The notes: generated by a model from the letters alone, not told the origin. A stretch of DNA of 64,000 bases from Squalus acanthias (GCA_030390025.1 JASTWF010000036.1:2046001-2110000), one strand, 5' to 3'; counted from the stretch's first letter, positions 1 through 13,850 are shown. Program-made: numbers and translations.

Positions 1-671
1 CCAGATTCTTGCTCATTGTTGTATCCTGCGCTTACAGCTGCCAACATAAAAGCTTAGGAAGCCTAGGACGGGAAAATGTCATTCAATTCACCAAGCCCTT
101 TCTTTCCACGGGCCGTGTACAAACCGCTCTATCCTGGGCTCGATTCAACCCATTTCACCATACAAAACAGTTGACAGTATCAGCAGACAATGCTGAATGC
201 ATTTATATGACATTCCTGCGACTGTTAGTTTAGTGGAGATGTTAACCCAGCTTGTGTCTGTGTGCACTTCCTGTGAACTTTTCCCATTATAATTCCGATG
301 TCCACATTTGTGGTGGAGGCTGCCCATGTGGACTTGTTTTGCTGTCATTACACCCTCTTTATTTCCCCCCCATAGTGCCTCCAGCACCACCACTGAGTGT
401 AATTACAGTGTGGTGCGTTTGTATGGACGGTTTCCATTATCGATGTGGACATAGGAAGCTATAATAAAATAAGGACACAATGTACGACTTGAAAGTGGGC
501 ACGCAATTCCAGCTGCACACCCTGGTCCAATTATCGGACCCTGCTTCAACCTTAAGACTTGTTCTTGACTCCCATCAGGGGGGTCATCAAGCCTGTGTTT
601 TAAAATAGCAGACAGAGGAATGTTTTATGAATGGATGAAGCGTTTGCCCACTAATATCACTGAAAAGAAGA

Positions 672-896
672 GCAGTGGTATCCTGGCTAATATTTATCCC
701 TTCACCAACATGACCTTAAAAAAAAAAACTGATCATCTGGTCATTATCTCATTGCTGTTTTGGGATCTTGCTGTGCGCAAATTGGCTGCCGCATTTGCTT
801 ACATTGCAACAGTGACTACACTTCGAAAGTAGTTAATTGGGCTGCAAAGCACTTTGGAACATCCTGAGGTCACGAAAGGCGCTAAATAATGCAAGT
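672..896 (+). mobile_element. SacSINE1/Deu-SINE-like 3' fragment
   Basis: Matches the 3' half of the fuller copies in this window (tctggtcattatc...gtgcgcaaattggctgcc...aaaggcgcta). Confidence 0.75.
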
Positions 897-2046
897 GTGT
901 TCGTTCGTTCTTTCCAACCAGTTTGACAGCAGAGAGCGTGGATTTTCACAGGGATGGCACAGCAAATGGCTTGGCTGTAAACCCGGTGAGAATGGTGTGC
1001 AGTAAGGGTACACAAGTAACAGGCTGAGATCCAAATCCACACATTGGGTGCAACATTTTTGCACCGCTGCAGCAGAAGCTGCCTGCAGACCATTAACAAC
1101 AGATTTAGCTTTAACCCTCATAGTCTACTTTACATAGAAATGTTTGCTGGTATTTGAGGCTGTTTCCATGGCAAATCTGAGCTCTGCATTCTGTTTGAGG
1201 CAATCAGAGGTTCAAAGGAATCTTAAATTTGACACTCAAATTTATAGAAATTTCAGCTCAGAAGGCGACCATTTTATCTCACTGTGCCTGTGCTAGCTCC
1301 ACTCTGGAGCTAACCAATCCCATTGCCCTGCTCTTTTCCTGTAACCTTTAATAATACTTTTCCTCTTTTGAGTGTATATCGGCTAAAATGCTGTGAATAT
1401 TCCACATTCTGATAATCCTGCATGTGAAAAATAATCCTTTTAACCTCCCCCCCTTTATACTTGTACTAATCCTGAATTTATGCCACAATTCAACCAGTGG
1501 AAACAATCTTTGACTTTACCCCCTCGAACCCTTTTAACGCTTCTATTTGGTTCTCCTCTTTTCTCTGATGAATGCACCTCTAGTTTTTCAAGCCTCTCAC
1601 CATAATTATTTCCTCTCCTTTTCGTAAATCTGTGTTGCACCGTTTCCATGGTTCTCGTATCCTTTCTGTAAAACTGTTACCCTAATTGACAGATCCATCA
1701 CCACCTCCTTGCCGTTATATTCAATGCCCTGTTATATAAAATCCAGGATCCCATTAGCCCTTGTTACGGCTTTCTCCACTTGCAATTTTGATTTTAAAGT
1801 TCTACATATCTGCACCCCATGATTATATACTACTTCACTCCTTGAGAATTTTACTGTTTAGGGTATATTTCTGTTCTCTTTACCCCCCCCTCCCCGGGCC
1901 CAAATTTTTCATTTCACATATATCTGTCGAGCTGCATTTGCTATACAACTGCCCAGTCCCCTATGCCCTTTTTGCATTCTTCCTCAGTCCCCCCAATTTG
2001 GTGTCATTAGTAAATCTTGCTAATCTCTCTCTGCCCATATCATTTT

Positions 2047-2280
2047 ATGAGAAGTCGCACAACACCAGGTTATAGTCCAACAGTTTTATTTAAAATTACG
2101 AGCTTTCGGAGCTGCTGCTCCTTCGTCAGGTAGAGGTACAGGTAGACTGTACCCCTACCTGACGAAGGAGCAGCAGCTCCGAAAGCTCGTAATTTAAAAA
2201 AAAACTGTTGGACTATAACCTGGTGTTGTGCGACGTCTCATTTTTGTCCACCCAGTCCAACACCGGCATCTCCGCATCAT
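2047..2280. mobile_element. PLE family 1 pseudo-LTR fold-back with hammerhead motifs
   Basis: Inverted arms span 2047-2241 around a 5-nt loop, followed by a 3' extension ending ccgcatcat. CTGACGA-stem-GAAA at 2159-2184. Approximate TSD atatcattt(t)atg. Confidence 0.85.
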
Positions 2281-4130
2281 ATCATTTATGTCTATGGAGA
2301 GCAAGAGAAGTCCCAACACACATCCCTGCTGTTAATACTAGCTTTTTTCTTTAGTTTAAAAATGTACAAATGGACTCTGTTCCAATAGAAATAGAAACTT
2401 TTCCTTTTGTTGGAACTCGAGTGCGCAAAGCAAAAGTAAAACTCGGAACCTCGAATTGCCGTGGTCAGTACTGGTCTTGTTCTAGAATGGTGCTGTTGGA
2501 TACAAGGGCCACACATGGTTCATGATTCATTGCTTCCTTCTTGACTATTATTCAGCAGGGGCACGTCGTATCTCCGTCCTTGCCAAATACTAACTAGATT
2601 TGAGTGTTTAACTTTAGATATCAGTTGGCTGCAAGTACATGGCTTTCTGCTTTAAGTCATGATAAATTGCTGCTCACTGCCAACAGTCATTCTCTCTCGA
2701 TTCTGCAATGCGTTGGATGCTCCAAACTTGAGCCAATTACGCAGTGGAGCTAAATTCAGGGCACCAGCAGCAACTACATGTTACTCTTCATTTCTGCTTG
2801 ATGGGAAGGTCCATACAGACCAGCGATGCCAAAAATGCATTGGTGGCCTGTGTGAGTGGCTGAGCTCCCAGCCTTCCCGTGGCCAGAATAAAATGGTGGC
2901 CTGTGACCGCCTGCAGCGGTCTGCTCGTACTTGCCAGTGGCGTTTTCATCCTGGGTGAAACCACATTTTAGGGTAGCTGTCAGCAGCACTGCAATCTAAA
3001 TGAAGCCTCGCATCGCAGAACCACTTCGGGAGATAGTTCTGTGATGCAGAGTCCTGGCTGCTGTAGATCGTCCCTGCCCCTTTTAATATTACAGGGGGAT
3101 TCCTACAGTAGTTTGTACCGCCACTCTGCCACCAACAGTGGAGCTGTGGCTGGCAGCAGACAGGCTGTGTATAAGGATACAGTCGTGGACTCTCAACCTA
3201 GAGGTCATGAATTCAAATCACACCATGGCGCATTGTGAAATTTAAATCGCAATCTAGTCCTTTGTGGGCTGGTGCCAGAAAAAAAAAGCGCATGAAAGCT
3301 GCATTGTTTTAAAAATCCATCTGGTTCACTTCGTGCTTTGAGGGAGGGGAATCCTCCACCCTCCCATGTCTGACCTACACATGACTCACTCCCACGCTAC
3401 ATGCTTTTGCAAGCCACTCCTTTGTTAAAAAAAAATCACTAATAGAAGGCCCACCCACACCCCATGAACAAATTTGTTTTGTAAAGTAGCAATGTAGATA
3501 AGCACCTGTAAACCAGCACAGCATTCAGAAAAAAAACAGCAAAAGCAAGCACTTGGCTTTTATGGTTTTTTTTTTGCAAGAGATAAAACTTGTGAAATAT
3601 TAATGTTGCGAAAGAGTAGAGACCCGTCCTTATGGTGAAAATCAGCCGTGATCTGATTGAATGGTGGAACAGGCTGGAGGGACTGAATGGCTTACTCCTG
3701 CTTCTATGTACGTACCTATTCTAAGACAGTTAATCATAACCTGGCTGCCTTACTAACAGCGCACTTCTATTTACCCTCACACATTCCCTTGCTTTCTGCA
3801 TTACACCCCAAAACAAATTTGAGCACCTGCTTCACTTTCTCCAGCCACCTTACATTGCAATATTCGCAATTTGCGCTTTGTTCTACAGCATGAAGTGGCA
3901 GGAAGGTGCATTTCAACTGCATCTCCGATCCGGTGTGTTTCTGTGATGCGCTAATGAAATGCAAAGTGCAATTGCCAACAAGCCTTCCATTCCACCCACT
4001 GACATTTTGATAGCGAGTGAACTTGGTCTACCCTCGTGACTTGCATAGAATCTGAGGAGCCTTCGACACCATTTATTTTTAAATTGCATCTGTCTATTCC
4101 AGTCACTTGTTTGATATTTTGTATTTGTAG

Positions 4131-4241
<111 letters not shown>

Positions 4242-4446
4242 TAATGAGACCTACCAAACATTGGGTGAAATCTTTGTTCCAATTACTTTGCATAATAGAA
4301 TGGGGACTGGGTGGCACCGTTGAGTGAATATTTCTCATTCATCCCAAACCTGGGTTTAGATCCATGCTGTATTGATGGGGTGAATATCTCGCGTACCTCT
4401 GCTGTCTGAAGTCCCCATGTGAGATTGAGTTTGGGGTAGCGTCAAC

Positions 4447-4588
4447 CAACGGTTGCTCTAAGCTGCGTGGCCGCACAGCCTGGGACCGGCTTTTCCAATG
4501 TTCAATTTCACGCATGCGCAAAACTGTGAATGGGCCGCGCAGCCCCTTAAAGGGGCCACGCACCCAAAAGAAATTAGGGGGAACGTTG
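4447..4588. mobile_element. Short hAT-type MITE
   Basis: Diverged TIRs caacggttgctctaa / ttagggggaacgttg, with an 8-bp TSD gcgtcaac / gtgtcaac (7 of 8 match). Confidence 0.7.
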
Positions 4589-4979
4589 GTGTCAACCCTC
4601 TTCCTCGCCAGTGCACAAAATTTCCCACAATTGGACACAAATTGGCAATCGTGCTCAGAGGCCAGAAAAATGGCTGGTTTGGGAAATGGGGGGAAAAGTA
4701 CGCTTGTGATATGAAAGCGTTTTATGAAGCTAAGGCACATTGTTGTAGAAGAGGGCAAGTCTATTTGAGGTAGCTCATTGGTAAATATACATTGCTGGGC
4801 TCTGTACAAGTCTGGACTGTTGAACAGGGTTTTCCTTTTATGTATTTGTGCTGGCTTGTTATGTGACCTCCAGCACATTATTAAATTGTGCAATCATTAA
4901 GTGTATAAGGTAAAGGGAATATTTGAATGGCAGAACATTAACTGCATCATGCACAGAAAAAAGATCCAAGCCCTTCACA

Positions 4980-5335
4980 TCTTCAGGACACTTCAAAACG
5001 CTTCACAGCCAATTAATTACTTTTGAAGCATGGTCACTTATTGCTAAATGTGGCACAGCAAGGCCCCACAAACTGCAAAATGATAAATAGCCAGTTAATC
5101 TGTTTTTGGTGGTGTTGGTTGAGAGATGAATGTTGACCACGGCACCAGGAGAGCTCCCTGCTTCTTTGTGAAGTGCCATGGAATCCTGGGGCCGCGGTTT
5201 AACGTCTCTCCCCCAACCATACAGCACTCCCTCAGAACTGCACTAAATTGTCAGCTTCGATTATGTGCTTGAATGAGGCTTGAACTCACGATCTTCTGCC
5301 TCAGGCACGAGTGATAGCAAATGAGCCAAGTTAAC
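4980..5335 (-). mobile_element. SacSINE1/Deu-SINE-like copy, degenerate
   Basis: Reverse complement of the SINE seen at 13413-13850. Confidence 0.7.
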
Positions 5336-6049
5336 ACTTCGCCATGGTTTTCAGGGCTTCAAAGATCAGTCGAACAAGAGAACGAGTAATTGGGACAGAT
5401 GAGCTATAAAAAAAAAATTGCTTTAATGGGGACATTTACACAAATATAAGATTCATTACCCCATACATTCATTTAAATTTATTATCCTTGAGTTTCTCCC
5501 CTTCTGTTTTATATACAAGGGGGAAAAATGAACTACAGAATCCAACCATTCCAACAACAGACTTTAAATAAAGGGAAATGTTTAGAAAGATTTTATTTTA
5601 AAAAAACTTTTGAAACTGCAACCTTTGAACCATCCACGCACCATGAGCTGCTAACTCAACCGGTTGTGTACCTGCTGAGTGGCTGGCTGCAAAGTATGGT
5701 ATTCCTCCCTGCCCACAGGGAAGGTAAATCTACAGGTTTTCACGTTCCTGCGTTTTAAGCAACGAATGCACGTTGGCTATTGTATAAATAAAATGGATCC
5801 TGGTGTGACGTGGCATTTAAACAACTTGTGGGCCCAACTGAAGCAACATCTTTGGGGCATCCCTGCTCTTGTTATGCAAACTGTTCTACTTACTGAGATG
5901 TGGGTTCACATCAGGACCCATGTGGTATCCTCTATCCCATTTCAAGAGATGCAGGGGTAGATTCCCCCATCGTCCGATAGCCCCCCCGGGGAGGCCATTT
6001 TGATGGCAGGGCCTCATTGGTGTCAGGATGACGAGCTGCGGCTGGAATT

Positions 6050-6315
6050 CCATAGGAGCAGGAGGAGGCCATTCAGCCCCTCTTGCCTGTTCCGCCATTC
6101 AATAAGATCATGGCTAATCTGCGACCTAACTACATATACCCGCCTTGGCCTCGTATCTCTTAATACATTTTGTTAATTTTAAATCTGAGATTGATTTTTA
6201 TCAACTGCCGTTTGCAGAAGAGAGTTCCAAACTTCTACCACCCTTTGTGTGTAGAAGTGTTTCCTAACTTCACTCCTGAAGGGCCTGGCTCTAATTTTTA
6301 GGCTATGTCCCTCCA
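6050..6315 (-). mobile_element. CR1 LINE 3' fragment
   Basis: Reverse of the CR1 3' stem-loop (ggaggccattcagcccctc...aagatcatggct) plus the end of ORF2. Confidence 0.8.
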
Positions 6316-6351
6316 GCACCCCTTCCCCGTGCATCTTGCTGGCTCTGGGCC

Positions 6352-6932
6352 TACAGTTATACAGGGCCTTGGTGAGACCACACCTGGAGTACTGTGTACA
6401 GTTTTGGTCTCCTTACCTAAGAAAGGATATACTTGCCATAGAGGGAGTGCAGCGAAGGTTCACCAGACTGGTTCCTGAGATGGCAGGACTGTCGTATGAG
6501 GAGAGATTGGGTCGACTAGGCCTATATTCACTAGAGTTTAGAAGAATGAGAGGGGATCTCATTGAAACGTATAAATTTCTGACAGGGCTGGACAGACTGG
6601 ATGCAGGGAGGATGTTTCCCCTGGCTGGGGGGTCGAGAACGAGGGGTCACAGTCTCAGGATACGGGGTAGGACATTTAGGACTGAGATGAGGAGAAATTT
6701 CTTCACTCAGAGGGTGGTGAACCTGTGGAATTCTCTACCACAGAAGGCTGTGGAGGCCAAGTCACTGAATAAATTTAAGAAGGAGATGGATAGATTTCTA
6801 GACACAAAAGGCATCAAGGGGTATGGGGAGAGAGCGGGAATATGGTATTGAGATAGAGGATCAGCCATGATCATATTGAATGGCAGAGCAGGCTCGAATG
6901 GCCGACTCCTGCTCCTATTTTTCTATGTTTCT
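6352..6932 (+). mobile_element. CR1 LINE 3' fragment (ORF2 C-terminus and tail)
   Basis: Peptide QLYRALVRPHLEYCVQFWSP...RRNFFTQRVVNLWNSLP, then the 3' UTR and a ttctatgtttct tail. Confidence 0.92.
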
Positions 6933-7324
6933 CAGACGGTAGATTGATTGAGGGCGGGGCAACGGGCCCAGGCTATTTTCGTGGAGAACTCCGGCTCCTC
7001 CTTGCCCAACAGCAATAAAGAGGAACTTACCTTTGGGGTCCTCTTCGGCCAGGCTACCAGCTGACACGCTCTTCCCAGTTCAGTCCAGAAATGCCAGTTG
7101 GGATCTTCTGTACGTGATTTTAAATGGGCCTGACTTGGGGGCCACTCTGTCGCCAAACCGGTAGGCCAGGGGGAGCACGGTGACCGCAGCAGTGTGCCAT
7201 TGCCTGCTGTTTCCGCCAGGGCAGGAGGCCTGAAAAATCACCCTATTGTGTGTTATATCTGTTGCAATCCCTTTGTTCTAAAGCTGAATTAGCAACTTTT
7301 TCTCTCCTTTCTCATTTGTTTTAG

Positions 7325-7378
7325 GTGCAGCAGAGAAGACAGGAGCTTGAACAAGCCCTTGGCATCCGCAATACATAA
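7325..7378 (+). CDS. SMARCD1: SMARCD1 final coding exon, VQQRRQELEQALGIRNT*
   Basis: Long polypyrimidine tract ending tttgttttag|GTG, with TAA at 7376-7378. The QALGIRNT ending is SMARCD1-type rather than SMARCD2 or SMARCD3. Confidence 0.95.
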   Translation: MQQRRQELEQALGIRNT

Positions 7379-10300
7379 GAGATCTGCGTGGCCTCGTCCC
7401 ATGAGTGGCACCGAGTTGACACGAGATGTCTGGGTTCAAGGTTGAACGCAGTTTTATACGTGCACAAAGATTTCCGTTACAGTGTACAAACTGTAAAACT
7501 ACATGCATCACTTGCACAAAATAAATCACCGCATAGCCCTTGTACTCCTGAAGTGTTCTTTGCTACCTTTTAGTACAACTGACACGTTCCCTTTATAAAA
7601 CAGCATAGGATTAGAAAATAAAGTTAGCTTATATTGGGGAAGTATAAGCCACAAGTGGTGACCTCAGTAACTATGTAAAATGGTATATAAATGACCTAGT
7701 AGTACTACTAATAGTGACACATTAGCAAACTAGATCAGACAGATTTGATGTTATATTTGCTTCCTTTGCTGCGTTTTTTTTGTAAGTGGCTTTGTGTTGA
7801 AAGTGGCAAGTATTTTGACCACAAACTGTGATTCCAGCTACCTTCCTTAATACCCGCCCTCAAAGAACCCTGTGCTTCTTTTACCAATGGAGTGTTCCTT
7901 AAAATCAGTGAGACAGCGCCGGTGTACTTGCAGCAGCAGTATTGGTACCTGCCTGAAAGCGGGTCAGCGCTTCTTTACCCCTTCATGTCAAGGCTAAACT
8001 ATGCCACTTGACAACTATTAGGGGGCCATGTTAGATTACAGCGTTTATTAAAAAAAAATTCCCAAAAAATCACTAGCTTGCAAGTAACCTAGATTTATTA
8101 ATCCCTCTATCTCCAATCCATTCTTCCTCTGTCTTCTTGTTCCTTCCGAGGCTGATTCTAATTTGCACCGAAAGGTTTCTTTCCTAGTCTCATTTTCTCT
8201 GGTTTGAAATTCATCTCGTTAGTATTTGACAAGTAAGAAGTTACACGAGTTTAAAATGAGTTTTGCTCTCAAATTAGTGAATGACTTTAAAAATCACTCC
8301 AGTGCTGCTTTATATACTGGGTCGAATGTATTTTATGTATTTTTCTTTATTCCTCCTGACTCCTATCAGAAGTTTCAAGGCCAGAAATGAAGGGATAATT
8401 TTGTCTGGCTTTAGATAAGAAAACTGTTGTGTACAATTCCAATTTAAAGGTGGCCGTCTGGCTATAGTTGCTTTATCTGATGCATTGATAAAGGTGTTAC
8501 GTATGTTCCCTTGTTTATGTATCGTTCAATTCTTAAACTTAAAGGTTTGTGTGTGCTGTACCCTAAACATCACCCTTGTACTTTGCATTAGTCTTAATAG
8601 AACTCAGTACAATTCTACGGAATGGTCACAGTAATAACTGTAGCAAGATGTTGATGTTTGGGAACTTTTCAAAACACACTTTAATCTTGATCAAGGCACA
8701 AAATGGTCACTCAACTTTTGTCCTTGCCATGTAACCTCTGACCTCTGTGAACATGTATGTAAATCCATGTAGCAGTGAGTGAAACCCAGTTCAATAGTTG
8801 TACAAACTGCAACAGTTGGACTCAGTCTTCGAAGAGTGCAGCTTCGTAGGAGTCAATATTTTGTAGCGATTTAAAGGTTAATTAGTTTTAAAAAGTGAAG
8901 GGGTGACAAACTGATACACAACCATTCCCTGTCTTTGCAGCAGCATTGTAGCAGCTTATGCTAATCATGTGTGATCCCTCTTCTGTGTGAACCACATGTT
9001 ATTGTATTAGCCAAGTTTAACTTTGTGGCATTGAAATCAGTTTCTTCACCTAAGCCCATTATAACTTGATTCTACCATTCAACTTGGAAAGAGTTGATGC
9101 CACCCTCTTAAGTGTGATAAACCAGGTTTCCCCAGCTCCCTGTTTAAAAGAAATGAATTGCAAGGGTAAATTCTATAAAAATCCCCATAGCTTAAACAAA
9201 TGGATGTATATGCTTTGACGTTTAATTTTCGGCGACCAATAGCGTACTATCCACTGGATCAGACACTGCTCTAATGCCCTCTGTGGCTGTCTAGCCTGTT
9301 GACACTTGCTGTCCAGGCTCTCTGATAAAGAGTGATCAGCTGGGCAAGATACTGGACCAGGAATGGTGCCAGGAATCAGTGGCAGAAAAAAGGATGGGCA
9401 GAAAAAGTTGTTTTTAAAAAAATGTGAGATTTGTAATGCTAATCTGAAGGGGAAGAGGACAGAATTGTTCCACCTTCCCATAACACTGCAGAAACTGTTG
9501 TCATGCCGTCGCTTTATTTCTGCACTGTAAACTTAAAAAGTCCAAGCATTTTTTTTAAACCTTGTTGATCTTAGAATTTTCTTCATTTTTAGATCAGTGT
9601 CCCAAGGTTAATCAATCTCTCTCTCATATAAAAAAATCACCCAAATAGGTTGGGTGGGGTGGGCATCCCTGGTAGCTCAGTGGATAAATGCAGTCTATGG
9701 TATGATACTTAAGCCACGCATGAACAGGAAAGCCCCAAGTTCACTTGCTAGTTTGCTCTGAGTTGTCCCAGTTTTCAGCTGGGACAGGATTAGGGGCCCT
9801 TACAATTGGTCTCAATGTCCCCAGGCTGGAAAGGGAAAAGAATTAGCCAGAGTTCCCACTCCTAATCACTGTCCAGTCACCCTTGCTGGAAAGTGCTTTA
9901 AGTGTGGATACCCGCCACAGACAGAATGAGCTGTTTGGCTCTCCATCATTGAATACCGTAGCAGTATTCAGTATCTAGGCTTGCTCGTGAATAGTTCCTT
10001 TGAGACGGTGGGGCGGGGAAGACTGCCAGCACCCATGAAACCATAACTTCGGAAGATTAAAGGGTTGGAGGGGGCAGATCTTCTAAAATATGTCATTGGA
10101 TAGAATATGAAAGTGGCCTTTGCCATCAGTAACTGACTAGCTGGACATTACAGCTGAAGATAAATCAGTTACATGTCCAGTGACATTTGAAAGGCTTTTC
10201 TTAGTTACGCTGCTATTAAATACATAAATTGAAACCACTTACTCAGACTGACGTTTGAAGTAGTCGCCGTGTGTTTGATGGCATAAGCCTGCTCTATATT

Positions 10301-10590
10301 GCCAGGTGTTCTAGGGTCTATTTTATTCCAGTTAGCCACCTCTGCCAAATGTAGAAGAAACAACATGAAGGCAATTTGATTTCAAACTCTTCCTTGCCTT
10401 CTCTTTCCAAGTATGGTATGACTGGTTAGGATGGGAGTAGTCACGAACAGAAGCTGTATTTAGACAGTTGAACCTCTGCCGTTATTGCTGCAATAAACTG
10501 TATTTTTACTAAGTATTTTGAGGGACCAGACTTTTGTACTGTATGCTTGTATGTGTCACTCAGTTTTAATAAAACCTTCAATACAGAATG
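7379..10590 (+). other. SMARCD1: Probable SMARCD1 3' UTR (about 3.2 kb)
   Basis: AT-rich and nearly free of young repeats, unlike the flanks. AATAAA occurs at 10492-10497 and 10568-10573. The end point is inferred. Confidence 0.6.
9663..10060 (+). mobile_element. LF-SINE-like ancient SINE
   Basis: tRNA-like head (ggtagctcagtgg), then tacaattggtctcaatgtcccc...agccagagttcccactcctaatcactgtccagtcacccttgctggaaagtg, which resembles the LF-SINE consensus from memory. Related pieces lie near 12990-13300, 19060-19290, 22840-22990 and 29170-29430 (all minus) and 30090-30400 (plus). Confidence 0.7.
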
Positions 10591-11149
10591 TTACTGTCTG
10601 ATTTACTGCATTTAATGCTGAAGGGGGGCGTAGCATCGTGAGGCTGCTCCTGCAGCATCTTGATGCCATTTTGTTCAGTGCATGGCGGTTAAATTTGTGA
10701 TTTCTTTTAGATATATCTTTTTTTTAAAAGGGCCTGCAGCTTCAGATGTTGAAGCGTTTTGCCGTAAGTGCAGTATTTATCTGTTGTAGTAACGAAGGGA
10801 TAGGTTACCTGAAATTATAACCTGTTCCAATGTCACTGTTATTCCAGAAGAGTTTTGGGTCCAGCCATATTTTACTGCATGGACAAATAAACGACCACCA
10901 ACTTGTGTGCAAAATACATTTCTTGCTTAGCAACGAGAAATGAACTGAACTGGCTCGAGTGAGAAGCCGATAGGGTGTTTTAGGTTTTTGTTTGGTTTGC
11001 AAACTTGTTGAAATCAAATTGGCAATTTGTTTCTTCTTGAAGTTAATGACTATGATAAATGCAATTGGTATGTTCTAGCAAAGCAATTACAGTACAACCG
11101 CAAGCTACAGAATGAGCACTTTGGATGAGGCCAGTAAAAATGGGTGTAC

Positions 11150-11492
11150 TCCAGTGCAGTGCTGAGGGAGCGCTGCACTGTCCGAGGCGCCGTCTTTCGG
11201 ATGAGAATTTAAACCGAGGCCCCGTCTGCTCTCTCGGGTGGACGTAAAAGATCCCATGGCACTATTCGAATAAGAGCAGGGGAGTTCTCCCCGGTGTCCT
11301 GGCCAATAGTCATCCCTCAATCAACATCACAAAAATAAATTATCTGGTCATTATCACATTGCTGTTCGTGGGAGCTTGCTGTGCACAAATTGGCTGCCGC
11401 GTTCCCAACATTACAACAGTGACCACACTTCAAAAGTACTTCATTGGCTGTAAAGCGCTTTGGGACATCCGGTGGTCGTGAAAGGTGCTATA
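11150..11492 (+). mobile_element. SacSINE1/Deu-SINE-like, 5' truncated
   Basis: Central domain and tail match the other copies. Confidence 0.8.
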
Positions 11493-13412
11493 GAAATCTC
11501 AATAGAAGAGACATTTTGGACCTTGTGGGCTGTTACACAAAGCATAGAGGTTTTCTTCCTTTCCACCCCCCGCCCCCCCCAAAAAACAAACAAACACACA
11601 CACACTCTGTTACGGTACCAAACACAATCTGGACAGTGTTGAACTCAAATTGCTAATTGATGGATTATAGGAAATAGATAATTGCGTGAACATAGTTCAG
11701 TGGAATTGAACTATAACAGGTGCACAATGGGATCTTGTATCTTGGAAATCAAGTGTTTTATATATTTTTTTTTTAAATCTCCCCATTGTCCATACAATCT
11801 GGGCTTTCAGTATATGCAGGGATTGAAATCCAATATTTTACTGGTAGCAACTCAAGCTATCTACACATTGGGTTTGGTAGCCTGATTGCAAAAACTGAAT
11901 TCACCAAAAATGACTTGGATTTTATGATTCTTACTGCATGTTGCGGCCCGATGACATCATTGAGACCCGACTGTAATCTTAACTCTGGCCTGAGCGGGGA
12001 ATCCACCTGGAGTTAAAATCGGGGCCACCAGTCTCTCACAGAACTTGAAAGGTGATGTTCAAAATCCTGTAAATTTGCTTATAAAGTGTTCAGTTGGTTC
12101 AACCAAAAGGGTGTCCTTAATTTGTTTCTCAAGCCTGTTTTAGTGGGCCAGCAGAGTAAAGCTTTAAGTGTGTCAAACTTTAAAAAGATTTAATGTAATC
12201 TCTGCTGTGTTCAGCAATGGTTTGTTGTGCAGTGAGAGATATGATCAGTGAGACCCACCACTTTTAGATTCCACTGTAATTTTAACTGTAATTATAACAA
12301 AAAAACTTGACGGTGTAACCAAAATTACCTCCAATCTATGGTGTCCACACAGGTAAAGTTTGCTTTGGGTGCTGCAATTGATTGGCATTGTGATCCTATA
12401 CTATTGCCACCTATTCTGCTCTATACCATGGATTCTGCCGAAACTGCATAAACAGTAATGAGCTTGAATGACCAGTTCATCTGATTTTACTCATTTTGGT
12501 TGACCAGAACACTGGGAGAGTGCCCTGTTCTTGGACAATACCGTGGGATCTTTAACATCCACTTGAGCAGGCAGGTGGGGCCTCTGTTTAACATCTGACC
12601 CAAAGGACAGTGAGGAGAATGGGAACAGGAACAAAAATGATGGCTTTATTCTTTGAGTATGAAAGAACCACCCAATAACTGCCTTGTGCTGTCAATGAAC
12701 AGTGTTATACCACCACCTTTGTGTTGACACGAAGCGGTTTTGGAAGCGCATTGACCTAAGAGTGGTTGTGAAACTCCTGAGTCAGGTGGGTGATCTGACT
12801 CTCCCGAGTGCACTAAAGCAAAAAGATGCAAGACCACTTCCAGGTGCAGTATAACTCCAGCCCAGTGCAAAGCCAAGTTGGAACTTTTTAAACTTGGCTT
12901 CGCACTGGGCTGGAGTTTTATTACATCCAGTGTGAAGTCCCAAGTGGTGTGACACTCCCTCCTGGCTTTTTAAATTTGAATGCATTACTTTTTCTCCCCA
13001 TTTCTCCCGAAGGTGCTGTCTTGTGCGGCAGTATTGTCTTATAGATGCTAGCAGTACTAACTGGCCATTCTTTGTGTGAATCTTGACGGGGAATGCTGGC
13101 AGGCTGTTCCAACTGTGTGAGGACATTATGCTTGAGCTCGATCCTGCCCGCCTCCAATGTCCAAGCACACATTTCCAGCTAGAATCACTGGTTAGTGATA
13201 AGGAGCGCTCTTTTTCTCTCCCTTAGTTGCTGAGGCCAGTTTTAGCCCCCAAGTATGCACCCTGCATTGATCAGCTAACTAAGCACAGACTGGACTACTT
13301 GCAGAGAGCTATCACTCGTTTGTCCGTGTCTAACAAATTTGCATGCATAGGCAGAGCTCCTTTATCACTGGGCAGGGTGCAGCTGGCGCAAATCACGCTC
13401 CACAACTACAGT

Positions 13413-13850
13413 CAGCCATGGCTCAGTGGGTAGCACGCTCGCCTCTGAGTCAGAAGGTTGTGGGTTCAATCCTACTGCAGAGACTTGAGCACATAATCTA
13501 AGCTAACACTCCCAGTGCAGTACTGAGGGAGTGCTGCACTGTTGGAGGTGCAATCTTTCGGATGAGACGGTTAAACCGAGGCCCCATCTGCCCCCTCGTG
13601 GACGTAAAAGATCCCATGGCACTATTCGAAGAGCAGGTGAGTTCTTTCTGGTGTCCTGTCCAATGTTCAACCAACACCAAAAACAGATGATCTGGTCATC
13701 ATCACATTGCTGTTTGTGGGAGCTTGCTGTGCGCAAATTGGCTGCCGTGTTTCCGACATTACTACAGTGACTACACTTCGACAGTACATCATTGACTGTA
13801 AAGCGCTTTGGGACGTCCTGAGGCCGTGAAAGGCGCTGTATAAATGCAAG
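13413..13850 (+). mobile_element. SacSINE1/Deu-SINE-like, full length
   Basis: tRNA-derived head with A box (tggctcagtggg) and B box (ggttcaatcc), a central conserved domain, and an L2-like tail aaaggcgctgtataaatgcaag. Confidence 0.85.

Noticed and set aside
4339..4893. 184-aa minus-strand ORF
   Set aside because: Intronic, antisense to SMARCD1, runs through a MITE, and has no recognisable domain.
13413..13490. tRNA genes at SINE heads (also 14931, 19735, 23798, 27478)
   Set aside because: The A and B boxes continue directly into SINE bodies. They are tRNA-derived heads, not stand-alone tRNAs.
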